From Octopus sinensis (Eukaryota): 64,000 nucleotides of DNA. Positions within the stretch are counted from its first letter, which is position 1; the number at the start of each line of letters is the position of its first letter. Below, in pieces: positions 26,758-39,958 of the stretch. Location of the stretch: NCBI RefSeq assembly GCF_006345805.1, contig NC_042997.1:198462001-198526000 (forward strand). Direction: 5' to 3'. The position numbers and the translations under genes are program-made. The notes under the pieces were generated by a model. That model did no database searches. It was not told where the DNA came from and saw only the letters and a list, made by a program, of their open reading frames with translations.

Positions 26758-27440
26758 GAGATCAATAAAATTAGATACTGGTGTAGTATATAGTAATATG
26801 GTAGCCGTTACAAATCTGAAAATATACAGTATATAAATGTAGGTCATATTTGTTCTGTGTAACAGGTTGGAAAATGATCAAGCCAGATATATTTGTTGGG
26901 TATCATAGGAAGCACAGTCTTTGTGAAGCTAGAATTGGTGCTGTTATATTATTGCTGTTCGTCACCATGTATAGTGTCGTTTGAGGCTGTAGTTCAAATC
27001 ATTTCTCTTGACATTGGAACAATTATGTTTTTGTGCTTCTCAAAGGCACTAATTAGCTTTTAGCCACCAGAAAATGTTATCGGAATATCTGGTCATTGAC
27101 GTAGCGAATGTCTGACGTAAAGTATGTAGGTTGAATGTAAGTGACAGGTTTTGTGTGTCAGTTTAACGACGGTTCAAGTTAGACACCTACATGTGTGCGT
27201 GTAAGTAATGAGTTTTAACTAAAACGTACAGAAGAAAACATAATGGTGTACGGCACATAAACTGACCTTCCATTTACAGGTGGTAAAAAATAGAATGTGG
27301 GTTGGAAAGACTTCTCCCATTGTCACAGTACATTGAACTCACACGGTCTTACGAGAAACTTCGGATGCAAAAAATAAGGCATAAATGAATCTGACAAGAT
27401 GAGAATATAATTAATAGGTTCTCATGCCAGACGTAGTCTT

Positions 27441-27664
27441 ATTACTCTTTACTCTTTTACTTGTTTCAGTCATTTGACTGCGGCCATGCTGGAGCACCGC
27501 CTTTAATCGAGCAACTCGACCCCGGGACTTATTCTTTTGTAAGCCCAGTACTTATTCTATCGGTCTCTTTTGCCGAACCGCTAAGTGACGGGGACATAAA
27601 CACACCACCATCGGTTGTCAAGCAATGCTAGGAGACAAACACAGACACACAAACACACACACGC

Positions 27665-27695
<31 letters not shown>

Positions 27696-27860
27696 TACGA
27701 CGGGCTTCTTTCAGTTTCCGTCTACCAAATCCACTCACAAGGCTTTGGTCGGCCCGAGGCTATAGTAGAAGACACTTGCCCAAAGTGCCACGCAGTGGGA
27801 CTGAACCCGGAACCATGTGGTTGGTCGACAAGCTACTTACCACACAGCCACTCCTGCGCC
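27441..27860 (-). mobile_element. SINE family K, full length
   Basis: Complete head, internal (TA)n and tail ending aaagagtaaaagagta. Confidence 0.9.
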
Positions 27861-30181
27861 ACTCTACTTATCCTTCAGAAAAAAAGAAAAAGAAAAAACA
27901 TTGATTTCAATGTCGTTTGTAAATAAATAGATGACATAAATAGATGACACGGTTGAAATTTCCTGTAATTTGGCATTCTGAAAGTAGTATTGTTAGTTAA
28001 AGGCAAAAGAGAGAAAGTGAGAGTTAAGGTGATGAAGATAGCTGTTTAGGCTTGCACCGTTGGCCTGCCTGAAAGGAAACCAAGAAGAGGATATTCATCT
28101 GGAAAAAAGAGGCCACACTTCTCTACGAATAGGACACACCATCTTCTGCTCCTATAGACGACAGAAGCAGAAATGAAGGCAGTATGGCAGAAATAGAAGC
28201 TATCTGCCAAGTATTGTATTATTTGAGAATATTGATAGAAATAACCTATGGACTAGTTATTTAATTAGGTTCGATTGACTAAAAAAATATTTTACTCATA
28301 CCTATTTTTCTCATGTCTTTCCATAAAAATTTCCATGAAGTTTTCATGATTCAAGTTCACCTTTGAATATTCAAACTCGACTTCATTGCATGTAAGATTT
28401 ATTGAAGCTCTTTGTGAGATAAGAAAGAAGCACGCACACACACCAAAAAACTGTACATCAAATTCAACATAAATGTGTGTTCATTACTGGTTTTTATTCT
28501 TGGTTATTATTAGAGATAAAAAGTGCTGATGTGTTTGTGAAGATAGTTTATGAAATCAACTGCAGCTCGATTCTAAATGCGACTATTGTGTCCTGATTCT
28601 AAAGTAAATAAAAAAAAAAACCTTTTTTGGAAATAACGGGTCAGAATATATTTGAACCGAGATGTTTATAACTAATATATTAAGATGCAATATTAATTAA
28701 TATACATATAAACAAGGAAAAATTTAATTTATTAAATGATAAAAAGCCTTGAACCAAAGAAAAATAGATTGTTCTGGAAAATGCTTTCGGCCGTTGCTAT
28801 TTTTATCTTGTTTTTTTAATGCTTCCTGCAAATAGTTGTTGTTCGAGTTTATAAATAACTTAAACTAGTTATAAAATATTTTCCCCATCTTTCAATATCG
28901 AATTCTCTGTATTACAGGAAGGCCTGTTTGAGGCGATATTTCCAGACAAAATAAAGTAGTTTTGATTATGCTGCTTCTTATTAAACAATATTTTTCTGAA
29001 GAGTTGACATCCGCAAATTATTACCACTATTTCACAATTGAATACTCCGCAGGAGATAATCATGAAATAGATCGATCATATTCCAATGAATATTGTGGCT
29101 ACATTATGATTTGCATGTGGAGTTTAATAATTCGGAATATATCTCAACAATTTGGAAATATCTCCGTGTTGCCATTGATAACTTGGGTCATTCGTCATTT
29201 AATTTTTAGCCGTAAATTGTTGAAATGTTCGATGCTATCTCATCACTTATCTATTGACGGATCAACTCATTTCCTTATATAAATTAGCTTTGCATTATTT
29301 AATAATTACAAATATAATCATTCAGTCATTACTGGATTGTATCTCACTTTTAAATGTAGAACTATGCCAGACATTTTATGCGATGGTGATTGAGATAACG
29401 CGACTGTTTTACTTATCACTTATAACGGAAAAGATTCTCTTTAACTTTTATATATTTAAAGAAATTAATTGAGGTGATTAATATATTTTAGGCAATTTAG
29501 GACGTGATGATGGAATATCTGATAAGAATGAAAGAGAGAATTATTCAAAAGAGAAAAGGAAAAACGCATTTATAATACTTAGATTCTAATAAAATGATTA
29601 CTTTGGTTTATCACCTAAAAGTAAGGAATACAAAATAGCTCCAAAAAGTATTTAACTATCAAATGAACGAGGACAAGTCAGACACTGTTTTACATACTTA
29701 TTTATTTTGGTACCGACATAGCAATCTCTGAGATGTTTTGTAATTTCTAAGACTTAATAAAAATCAAAACTCATGTTAAACAGAAATCTGAACTGATATT
29801 TCTGAGGTGAAATTAGAAACTTACATTCTACTTTCGAGCCTATGTGTACGGACGCTGGGTGTAGAAATACGTACTATGCATAGAGTTTTTATACAGTATC
29901 TATTTAGTGAAGCAATGAAATATGAATTCGGCCAGTCCAAGAGGTTACTGGCCAATGTATGCCTGCTTAATACATAAATACAATTTATGTCTGCTTTATG
30001 CATATATTGATGGACGACGGAAACAGTCTTTTTCTCTGAGGATCGGCCAAAAAATCACAAACCGTCCGTCATGAAACTCTCTCTCACCACACATCAAAAG
30101 CAGATGAAATGTGATCACGTCATTTCACCTAGTGTAAGGCTTTGTGTGTGTGTGGTGTGTGTGTGTATACACACACACATA

Positions 30182-30963
30182 TCTATTATATAAAACCCGT
30201 TCTGTCTGTGTGTGTGTGTGTGGTGTGTGTGTGTGTGTGTGTTCTATGATCTCGGGCATCCTCCATCCGATTGCGCTCAAATTTGATATGTAGATACCGA
30301 CCGTATCAAGGGGTGTATAAGTCTTGAAAAAATTACAAAAATCGATTCCAGGTGAGAATGCGATCGATAAAGCCGTGGGAACGTGCATTTGCAAAATCGT
30401 TTTTCTTGGAATAGAAAGAAGTCTATCTTTATCTCTTCTTTTGCTGGTGTCTCAAATTTAGGTTAAATCACTGTTTCTCAAAGGGGAGATCTATGGGACG
30501 GTCGGGTAAGTTGTTTCGAGAAAATTTGGTTTAAATGTTCGACAACTCAGCACCGTCCATTGGACGGGGGGCATTTTGCTCGTCTGTTTATAAGATAAAA
30601 TATACGACCTAACCATGAAGATCATCTGAACGTTATGCATTGAACTTTATATAAATTATTATGTGAGTACTAAGGATCACTGACAACAAATTCCATTCAC
30701 CGCAATTTCTAAAACGTGTACGACACATGCTTGTTGTCCTCCATAGGAAATTATGAAGTTTACATTAGTATTACAAACGGAAGCTATGGTATCGTATTAA
30801 AAATCTACAGCAAGCAAAATCTACTGCGCTGATTCTTACTGTTATGTAAATACGAGTATGCTGGATTACAGCATTACTGACGTAAATGGGATTTTACTGT
30901 AGGACACTGAGATACTAAACAACTCAGCACCGTCCATTGGACGGGGGGGGGGCGTTTTGCTCG
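30182..30963 (+). mobile_element. Non-autonomous Helitron-type element with two 3' ends
   Basis: A|TC start, (TG)n; hairpin ccgtccattggacgg followed by CTCG|T at about 30582 and again at about 30963. Confidence 0.65.
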
Positions 30964-30997
<34 letters not shown>

Positions 30998-31730
30998 AAA
31001 TCATTTCTTCAAAGTTTAATCCTGAAGTTCTACAAAATTATTTTCAAGCCGATTTGCATTGCTTGTGTTTTTCACTATTACTTGTATTGAATCTAACCTA
31101 AACAGTCTCTGAGATATGCAGAATCATTATTTACCTGCATTTTTAGACACTATTTCTTAAATATAGCCTACCATATAATTATTCCTGTTATAGAATATGT
31201 CTATCGTTTATCTGAAGTGTATAGGACTGAAATAATCGATACACTACTTTGTATTCCAATAAATGATTATTTTAACATAATTGCGTATTAATTGTGAACT
31301 CTTCTCTCGCAGTGAATAGGATTATAGGTATTGCAATTATATTGATGAGATCGATTTAATGTAAATTGAAACAGAATATAATAAACGGCTTACATATTTA
31401 AAGGAAATTCATTTTCCCCACTTCACACTCGTACCGTAATTCGACAAAATACTATTTTCAAACATTTATTTCCATCTTCTAAAATACTTTGCATACTTCA
31501 TATTTCATGAAAATATAGTTCATTCAATTACTTCTTGAGTAAACTTTGAAACACTAGAAAAACTATTCGAGTGCCTGCACACACATATATAAACGAGCCA
31601 TCGCGTATATTTGAACAAAATAACTATTTGTTCATAAAAAAAAAACGATGCAGACATATAAACCTTGGACACTTAAGTGGTATAGTCATAGGATTCCATT
31701 TTTATAGAAGTTCCTGGTAGAAAAAATATA

Positions 31731-32055
31731 CTGTTGTGTCTGGGTAGAGTAATTTTCTTTTTGTGCCTTATTATTTAACACACTCACCGGTAAAATTTCC
31801 ACTTTTTTCTTATTTTTATTATCCTAAAATTTTCGTTGCGTCTTGGAACCTTAGTCAAAACTATTGAAAAGGTTCCAAGACGCAACGAAAATTTTAGGAT
31901 ATAAAAAATAAGAAAAAAGTGGAAATTTTACCGGTGAGTGTGTTAAATAATAAGGCACAAAAAGAAAATGACTCTCTCCAGACACAACAGAATATGCTTC
32001 AACACACGAACTCATAAAGAATCTTGCAAACCAAATCCCAAAACGAAACTTAATA
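31731..32055 (+). mobile_element. Fold-back palindromic element (about 121-bp arms) carrying a hammerhead-like motif
   Basis: 31731-31852 is the reverse complement of 31869-31990; a related copy lies at 41734-41942. Confidence 0.85.
31861..31897 (+). ncRNA. Minimal type-I hammerhead ribozyme candidate, U3-A8 variant
   Basis: cta TTGAAAA g gttcc aagac gcaac GAAA att t tag; helix II has one mismatch in this copy. Confidence 0.55.
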
Positions 32056-33036
32056 TAATTAACGATATAATATCAATACTTTTCTCAAGTTTCAGCAGAT
32101 CTCATCACATCTCTCTCTCTCTGAAATTTTATCGAATTTCTCGTTTCTCTCTTATATAATTGGTTTTCAGTGTTTCGTACTTGAACATAAAATAGAAGCA
32201 AACTATCAGCATTTCGTATTTTCATAAGAACTGGTATATGTGTGCTGCTATCTAAACATATCAATTTACATGGAAACTCGAAAGGCGTTTGAATTGATTC
32301 ACGATAAGTATGAGGGTGGATAACATCTGGCTGGTAATGAAAAGATGATAGATAGCGTAAAGCGAGTTTCAAGCATCCACAATACCAAACTTCCTAAGTT
32401 TTGAATGCACTGTTGTTCATATTTTCTGTGAATGACACGAAAGATTTCAACACTTTCACCTTTGAAACGTGTTAGAACTATTCGACCAATTTCATATCAA
32501 TCGAAGCAATCAAAGTCACTTTCAATTCCTCAAATATAATCGTGATATTTTGCGATAGAAGAGAATTCCTCGCAAAAAAGGTCAATCAACACAAAATGTC
32601 CTCTAGCGACAGAAATAATTTTAAAAAATGTCAATGAAGAAGACTTTCTCGCGCGACTTATCACAAGTTATGTAACAACTTCAAGCTAAATCTGCATAAA
32701 TATTGCTAGCGAACCGTGTAACGTAATACTATTTTGATTACACACGTTACCACTGAACTTAATTCACTATACATTTACTACTACTACTACTACTACAACG
32801 ACCCTTGTATTCCATGAATTTTTTATCCTGCTCCCCCAAATAGGCTTTCTTAATTCTGTTAGCGATTTAAAATCCCGATTACTCTCTCATCTGAATAGGT
32901 CGATGTTCTTTTCTTATTCACTTTCCTACACACAAAACTCAGGTAGGATGAAGATAGAACAGCACGTTGATAATCAGTAAAACACGATATAAAGCTGCTC
33001 ATGTATAAAATGTATTTTTAAAAGAAGGGAATACTT

Positions 33037-33266
33037 ATTTCTTTACTACCCACAAAGAGCTAAACATAGAGGGGACAAACAAGGACACACAAACGGATTA
33101 AGTCGATTATATCGACCCCAGTGCGTAACTGGTACTTATTTAATCGACCCCGAAAGGATGAAAGGCAAAGTCGACCTCGGCGGAATTTGAACTCAGAACG
33201 TAGCGGCAGACGAAATACTGCTAAGCATTTCGCCCGGCGTGCTAACGTTTCTGCCAGTTCGCCGCA
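33037..33266 (-). mobile_element. SINE family M (tail X)
   Basis: Full length; TSD aagaagggaatactt on both sides. Confidence 0.9.
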
Positions 33267-33698
33267 TTCAGAAGAAGGGAATACTTGTATGCAGTGCATA
33301 CCTGGATAGGAAACAAACTTGAAGCGTTTAGATAGAAATTCCGAATTATAATTTGGGATTATTCTGAAACAGAGGTAAACAAAAAATTAGGAGTTTGTGA
33401 CAGTTGATGCCACAATTACAGTATTTAGTTATGTTCCTTTATGTTCAGGGTTTGCTATGACTCACATCCTTACAGAGTTACAATATATACAAAATATGGA
33501 GAAAGATTGGTTCAAACAGCTATAACTAATATATTGTACTAATGCGAAAAAAAGAAAAAAGAAAAAGACTATCATTCAGGCTTTTAAACATCGGAAATAC
33601 TTCAAACACGCTTTCCTTTCTGACAAGAACATGCATTTTCACACATTCGATAATAAATTGACCCAACTATTTGGCTGTGTATTATTATTTCTATTGCC

Positions 33699-33968
33699 GT
33701 TGTTCCTTCTCGAGCCATTTTTCTGGCTCATTAGGGCCGGTTTTTCGGTTTCCTTGGCATATAGGTTCCCCACCTTGACGGGAAGTTGCTAGATGCAGGA
33801 GGAAAGAGTGAGAGAAAATTGGGGCGAAAGAGTCAGCAGAAGTTCGCCATTACCTTCTGCCGGAGCCGCGTGGAGCTTAGGTGTTTCGCTCATAAACGCA
33901 CACATCGCCCGGTCTGAGATTCGAACCCGCGAGTCCACTGCTCTAACCACTAGGCCATGTGCCTCCAC
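33699..33968 (-). mobile_element. SINE family R, V-like tail (partly deleted)
   Basis: Head gtggaggcacatggcctagtgg; same subfamily as the 7696 copy. Confidence 0.85.
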
Positions 33969-33984
33969 ATTATTGCTATTATTG

Positions 33985-34172
33985 CGGGCGAAATGCTTAG
34001 CGGTATTTCGTCTGCCGTTACGTTCTGATTTCAAATTCCGCCGAGGTCGACTTTGCCTTTCATCCTTTCGGGGTCGATAAATTAAGTACCAGTTACGCAC
34101 TGGGATCGATATAATCGACTGGCTCCCTCCCTAAAAATTTCGGGCCATGTTCTTTGAGTAGAAAATATTATT
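33985..34172 (+). mobile_element. SINE family M (tail Y), head-truncated
   Basis: gcgaaatgcttagcggtatttcg ... aaaatttcgggccatg. Confidence 0.85.
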
Positions 34173-34798
34173 ATTGCTGTTTCACTAGATGCCGATATTA
34201 TACTTAAATTGATAGAGCTATCCTGTCCACAACCCAATGTGTATCATAAGCATTTAGGAAATCCACATCAGTATCTACCGAAGGTGTTGACTTCTTGAAA
34301 ATAATGAATAATTCCAAAAGTGTCCGAATGTTTTGAGCAGGTGGATCTGACAGGGATAGTGTGAATTTCTAGGGCTATTCATAATTATAACTGTCTCAGC
34401 CATACTGCTTTTGAATAGTAATGACTAAATTAGCAAACAGTGATATTGTTAAACCAATCACGTGCTAATATGCTGAAAACGAAACTTCTAAATTTCATTT
34501 TAAAATCGATGATGAGCTGAAACGATGGTAAATCTGAAGGTTGTTCTTATCAGGTTATTGTGGTTGCTGTTGTGTAAATCTAGAATTTCATTATCTGCTG
34601 TATGTTTTCGTTTTAAAGACGATAAGATCTGATTTGAGCAATACTTCCAGTAGGTCGAACCGCCTGAACTATTTCAATGATGAATATAAGTATCTAAGCA
34701 ATGAAGAATATATTTTAGCCATTTCCATAAAACAAATCAGCGATATTAAAAATCAGTTATTTACCCAGTAAATTCAAACAGAAGAATAAATTAGTATC

Positions 34799-35192
34799 TA
34801 TTTCTTTACTACCCACAAGGGGCTAACCGCAGAGAGGACAAGCAAGGACAGACAAACGGATTAAGTAACTGGTACTTATTTAATTGACCCCGAAAGGATG
34901 AAAGGCAAAGTCGACCTCGGCGGAATTTGAACTCAGTACGTAGCGGCAGACGAAATGCCTATTTCTTTACTACCCACAAGGGGATAAGCACAGAGAGGAC
35001 AAACAAGGACACACAAACGGATTAAGTCGATTATATCGACCCCAGTGCGTAACTGGTACTTAATTTATCGACCCCGAAAGGATGAAGGGCAAAATCGACC
35101 TCGGCGGAATTTGAACTCAGAACGTAGCGGCAGACGAAATACCGCTAAGCATTTCGCCCGGCGTGCTAACTTTTCTGCCAGCTCGCCGCCTT
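34799..35192 (-). mobile_element. SINE family M tandem dimer (X-X)
   Basis: Two units inside one 22-bp TSD aacagaagaataaattagtatc (34777-34798, 35193-35214). Confidence 0.9.
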
Positions 35193-35834
35193 AACAGAAG
35201 AATAAATTAGTATCATCAGCTCGTAGCCACAGATTGGGAACAACGTCCTGAGAATGATATGCATAACATTTTCTTCCTATATTTGCTATTCTAAACAAGC
35301 ATAGTTTTCAAATATTGCCTCTACCAAAACGTTGTCTTCCGAATAGGAAAAAAAACAAAAATAAACTCGAATAATTGTCATTGACAAATTACAGTCATTT
35401 GAAAACAAATCAGTGACAATTTAGTCGAGCTGAAATTGAAAAAGCCAGCTTGATGTCATTAAAGTACCGACTCAAACCTTAATCAAAGTCATTATTTCAA
35501 AAAACAATTTTTATTCTGCCAAATTGGTAGGTTCATACTTAATGATTCTACTAATGTAGATGCATTTTACAGGTGTATATTAAAATAAGTATTTTCCATT
35601 CAGTCAAGGGAGGAAAGCTAGCTTCAAGCGCGTATAACCGTTTTCTTTCAGATCCTCAGACCTTGGTGGGTAGTGAAGACAAAATTTACTCCAGCGGGAT
35701 TTTAACTCAAGTATTAGAGAACAAGGACGAAGGGCACTGCCTAACTTGCTGCTTATATACTAACAATGAAGTAATTGTCATTTTGTATAAAACTCAGAAC
35801 AAACGCCTAATGAAGAAAAGTTTATACACAATGC

Positions 35835-36267
35835 AAGGCGGCGAGCTGGCAGAAATGTTAGCTCGCCGGGCGAAATGTTTAGCGATATTTCGTCTGTCTT
35901 TACGTTCTGAGTTCAAATTCCGCTGAGGTCGACTTTGCCTTTCATCCTTTCGGGGTCGATAAATTAAGTACCAATTACGCATTGGGGTCGATGTTGTCGA
36001 CTTAATCCCTTTGTCTGTCCTCGTTTGTCCCCTCTATGCTTAGCCCCTTGTGGGCAATAAAGAAATAAGAAACGTTAGCACGCCGGGTGCAATGCTTAGC
36101 GATATTTCGTCTGTCTTTACTTTCTCAGTTCAAATTCCGCTGAGGTTGACTTTGCCTTTCATCCTTTCGGGGTCGATAAATTAAGTTACAGTTATGCACT
36201 GGGGTCAATCTAATCGACAGGCTCCCTCTCTAAAAATTCCGGGCCTTTGCCTAGGGTAGAAAAGAAA
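35835..36267 (+). mobile_element. SINE family M heterodimer (tail X unit plus tail Y unit)
   Basis: Single TSD tttatacacaatgc at 35821-35834 and 36268-36281. Confidence 0.9.
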
Positions 36268-37651
36268 TTTATACACAATGCCTGTAATCAATAACTTAAA
36301 CGAAAATATTTTATCCATTTTGCCCAATAATCTGTATGATTGCAAGCGTGTTTTAACAATCTAATAATAAATCCACATAATCTCATGTTCAAATTCACTC
36401 CCAACTCGAAGCCTACAAACTGTTTATAATTACTATTTCAGGAATGTATCCCTCTGCGTTTGTGCATCGGAATTGGTTGAGCTAGTAGCTATTTCTCCTA
36501 GCATCGGGTGCAGTTTCATTTACTTCGTATTTCTTTTCTCATTGCATTATATTGGCACTGACCTTACCAGTTAGTTTTCGTTTAGGGCGTTTTCCCACAG
36601 TTTTAATGTACTCTAGCGCTGAACAGTGTTTTGTGAGTGATAGCCGGAAGCTGTGTATGTATTTGTAAGTGTATAAGTGTGAGGAGAAAAATCAACATTA
36701 TAGAAGGCGATGAGGAAACTTGAAATGTGAAAAAAAAAAAAAGATACAAAGATGTTGAAATGCTACATCAAAAATATTTAATTGGTCTTCTATTTGTGTG
36801 TGTGTGAGCTATATGTATTTATATCTACTTGCACCCCTCTATGTAAAAAACGGGACATTCGGTTGAGACCCGTAACATAGAAGGTTGTAGCAAAAACCAG
36901 GGTCAATATACTCGAATAAAACAATTTATGACGACGCACTGGAATGGTTGCAGTCCAAAGAAAGAAATCAGTGAAGAAATAAATAAATAAAACGTGTATA
37001 CCATGTTACACTCGGTTCCCAATGGTTCCGGCTCCAATAAGTATAAATCACCAGAACTAGCAATAAAAAATAATGTTTCTCTGGCTTCTGTTTTACGAAT
37101 GTTTTGTTTTTTTTCCCCGTGCGGTATTCCAATTTCAGTAGAAATAGATGTTGTGAGTTAACACGCTAACATGAATGATTGCTAACATATTCCTGTAAAC
37201 ACGTGATAAATCAATGACTAATATATGTCAACCTGAATTCACTTTAAGATATTTGGTGGATGAATGATCACGATAAAGATGATTTATACTTTATATTCCT
37301 TATATTTATATGTAATTATGTGTGTATGTGCGTTTGCTTCCCAAAATGTGTATTAGCTTATTCTATATAACATTGTAAAAACTGTTACAGCTAGTTTCTT
37401 TTGTTATTACTCTCATGACAAATAAGGAAAAAAATTAGATTTCTTCTATTCTATTCTACTGATTTCAGCCATGCTTCGGCTTGTTTATATCGACCGTCGT
37501 ACGTATATTATTTCGGGCTAAAATCAGTCGACTCGTTTATAAATTTTTTTCCTTAAAGGAGAGAAGCCAGTGAAAAATGCTTTTCTTCTTTAATATAAAT
37601 GTAAGTAACTCATTATGCTATGTATACGCGTATATATGCGTGCCGTTTCTC

Positions 37652-37871
37652 AACTCGTTTCTACTCTAGACACAAGGCCTGAAATTTTGGGGGACGAGGC
37701 CAGTCGATTATATCGACCCCAGTCCGCAACTGGTACTTAATTTATCGACCCCGAAAAGATGAAAGGTAAAGTCGACCTCGGCGGAATTTGAACTCAGAAC
37801 GTAAAGACAGACAAAATACTGCTAGGCATTTCGCCCGGCGTGCTAACGCTGCTGCCAGCTCGCCGCCTTAA
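37652..37871 (-). mobile_element. SINE family M (tail Y)
   Basis: TSD gtgccgtttctc on both sides. Confidence 0.9.
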
Positions 37872-38243
37872 GTGCCGTTTCTCTACTACTACTCAACAAA
37901 CTGCTGCATGAGAAATAATCCTGCCAACCGCAGAATGAAAGGTTTTTAAATGTTGATTAAGATGTAAGAGACTCAGTAGCAATTCAGCCTGAAACATACA
38001 GCTACTATAAGAAGGCGGACAGCAAGTATAAAGGTCAAAAAAGAAAATGTATATAACCGAATTAAAACTTGTTAGATCAATCTCTATCGAATTGCAAAGT
38101 TTTGATGCCCGCATTTGCACCGCAAAATTGGAGATACTATCTTCCCATACATGCAAGTCTTAACGCCATTGTTGTTGCTCAAGGGAAAGACCAGTATAAT
38201 TTAAAGTGTGGTCGGTGAACAGAGCTGGAACAGATACCGCAAG

Positions 38244-38627
38244 TGGAGGCGCAATGGCCCAATGGTTAGGGCAGCAGACTCGCGGTCGGAGAATCGCGGT
38301 TTCGATTCCCAGACCGGGCGTTGTGTGTGTTTACTGAGCGAAAACACCTAAAGCTCCACGTGGCTTCGGCAGGGGGTTGTAGCGACCCCTGTTGTACTCC
38401 TTCGCCCCAACTTTCTCTCACTCTTTCTTCCTGTTTTTTATCCCCGACTTCCTACGCAACCGCTGAGCCTGGATGCACATTCATGCATCCGTCGATGCTC
38501 TCGGTGTCGGGGGTTGACCTGCTTTCTCTTCTGCGGGTCTTACGAATAGCAAAGGACCACGTTTCGGACTTCTCCCACTCTGGGACGAAGACCGCTTCGC
38601 TCAAACAAACAAACAAACTCGCTCAAC
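38244..38627 (+). mobile_element. SINE family R, tail D ending in (CAAA)n
   Basis: Head gtggaggcgcaatggcccaatgg; 15-bp TSD aacagataccgcaag. Confidence 0.9.
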
Positions 38628-39357
38628 AACAGATACCGCAAGGCTCTACGAGTTCCGTTAATCCACCGTTCAGAAGTAGTACTAATTTTATCCATCTTCA
38701 AAAAATGAAAAGCAAAAGCTGATGAAAGTGGTATTTGAATTTGGGGTAGAGAGTCTTGAAACAAATATTGCGTGGTCTTCTACTCAACATTCTAACGAAT
38801 GCTCACTCTGGATCAAGAATGTTACTTCGTCGCATGTGCTCTGCCTTCGTTTAGTTGTTCTAGATGTCGAACTTACGTAAATATCCTTTCAGCTCTCCCG
38901 CCCTTGATGCAGCAGAACATCCAAGCTGTGACAACTGGGAGAGAAGGGGCAGCACCAGCCCTCGGCTGGCTCTCATTTTAACTAAGTAGACACGAATAAC
39001 ATGGTAAGGAGAAATGAAGTGTTCTGCTCAAGGACACCAGGCAGCGTTTGGTCCACGACCTTAAATCTACATGTAGAGGATACTTTCCAAGGTTGTCAAA
39101 GGGTGGGATTGGATCCTCCAGAGTTACGTGGTTGGCAAGCGATTTTCTTAACCAACTAACTATGATATCAACAGTAGAAATGAAAATTACTTTTGAATGT
39201 TGTGAAAAAACATTGAAGACATTTCAATAAAAATTCATTTTAAGGCAGTATGCTAATGGAGAATAACTAGCAATGCTTTTCAGTAAACACACGATGAAGC
39301 ATTGGACTAGGCAGACACAAAAGAGGATAATAGCAGGAAAGAAATTCAGAGTATATA

Positions 39358-39566
39358 GGCGGGGCGAAATGCTTAGCGGTATTTCGTCTGCCGTTACGTT
39401 CAGAGTTCAAATTCCGCCGAGGTCGACTTTGCCTTTCATCCTTTCGGGGTCGATTAAATAAGTACCAGTTATGCACTGGGGATCGATCTAATCGACTTAA
39501 TCCGTTTGTCTGTCCTTGTTTGTTCCCTCTATGTCTAGCCCCTTGTGGGCAATAAAGAAATAAGAA
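39358..39566 (+). mobile_element. SINE family M (tail X), head-truncated
   Basis: Matches family consensus. Confidence 0.88.
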
Positions 39567-39958
39567 ATTAAGAATATATGTTTTCCCTCTATCATCTCAA
39601 TTTGATCTGAAGAGTCATCGTTAACATTTGGTAAATCAAATCTGCAACTAAAATTTTGAATTATGGACGGTATAATTTTCTTTTTACTCCAGGTAACGTA
39701 TGAACCTCATCGTCATATCGTTTCTCGTTTTCATTAATTGATACTCCAGACCCATGTAAAGCATTATCAGTGCTGTTATTGTCAATATTCTTGTTCTGCT
39801 CAGAGTTAAAAGCGAATCATCACCTTGGGCATAATTTCCTTTACGCAGAAATTATAGAGATAAGGAAGATTTCGGTGACTAAAAAGACATGGTGACTACG
39901 GCAGCTGCTGATGTAACAACACTGAAAGTATGGAAAATTCACAAATATCAAAAGTTAG

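Noticed and set aside
26864-26982. Possible terminal exon GWKMIKPDIFVGYHRKHSLCEARIGAVILLLFVTMYSVV*
   Set aside because: Hydrophobic peptides are common in AT-rich DNA; no supporting exons or homology
28869-29472. Cluster of hydrophobic ORFs, possibly a GPCR pseudogene (similar cluster at 21.6-22.7 kb)
   Set aside because: No GPCR or cadherin motifs recognisable; explained by base composition
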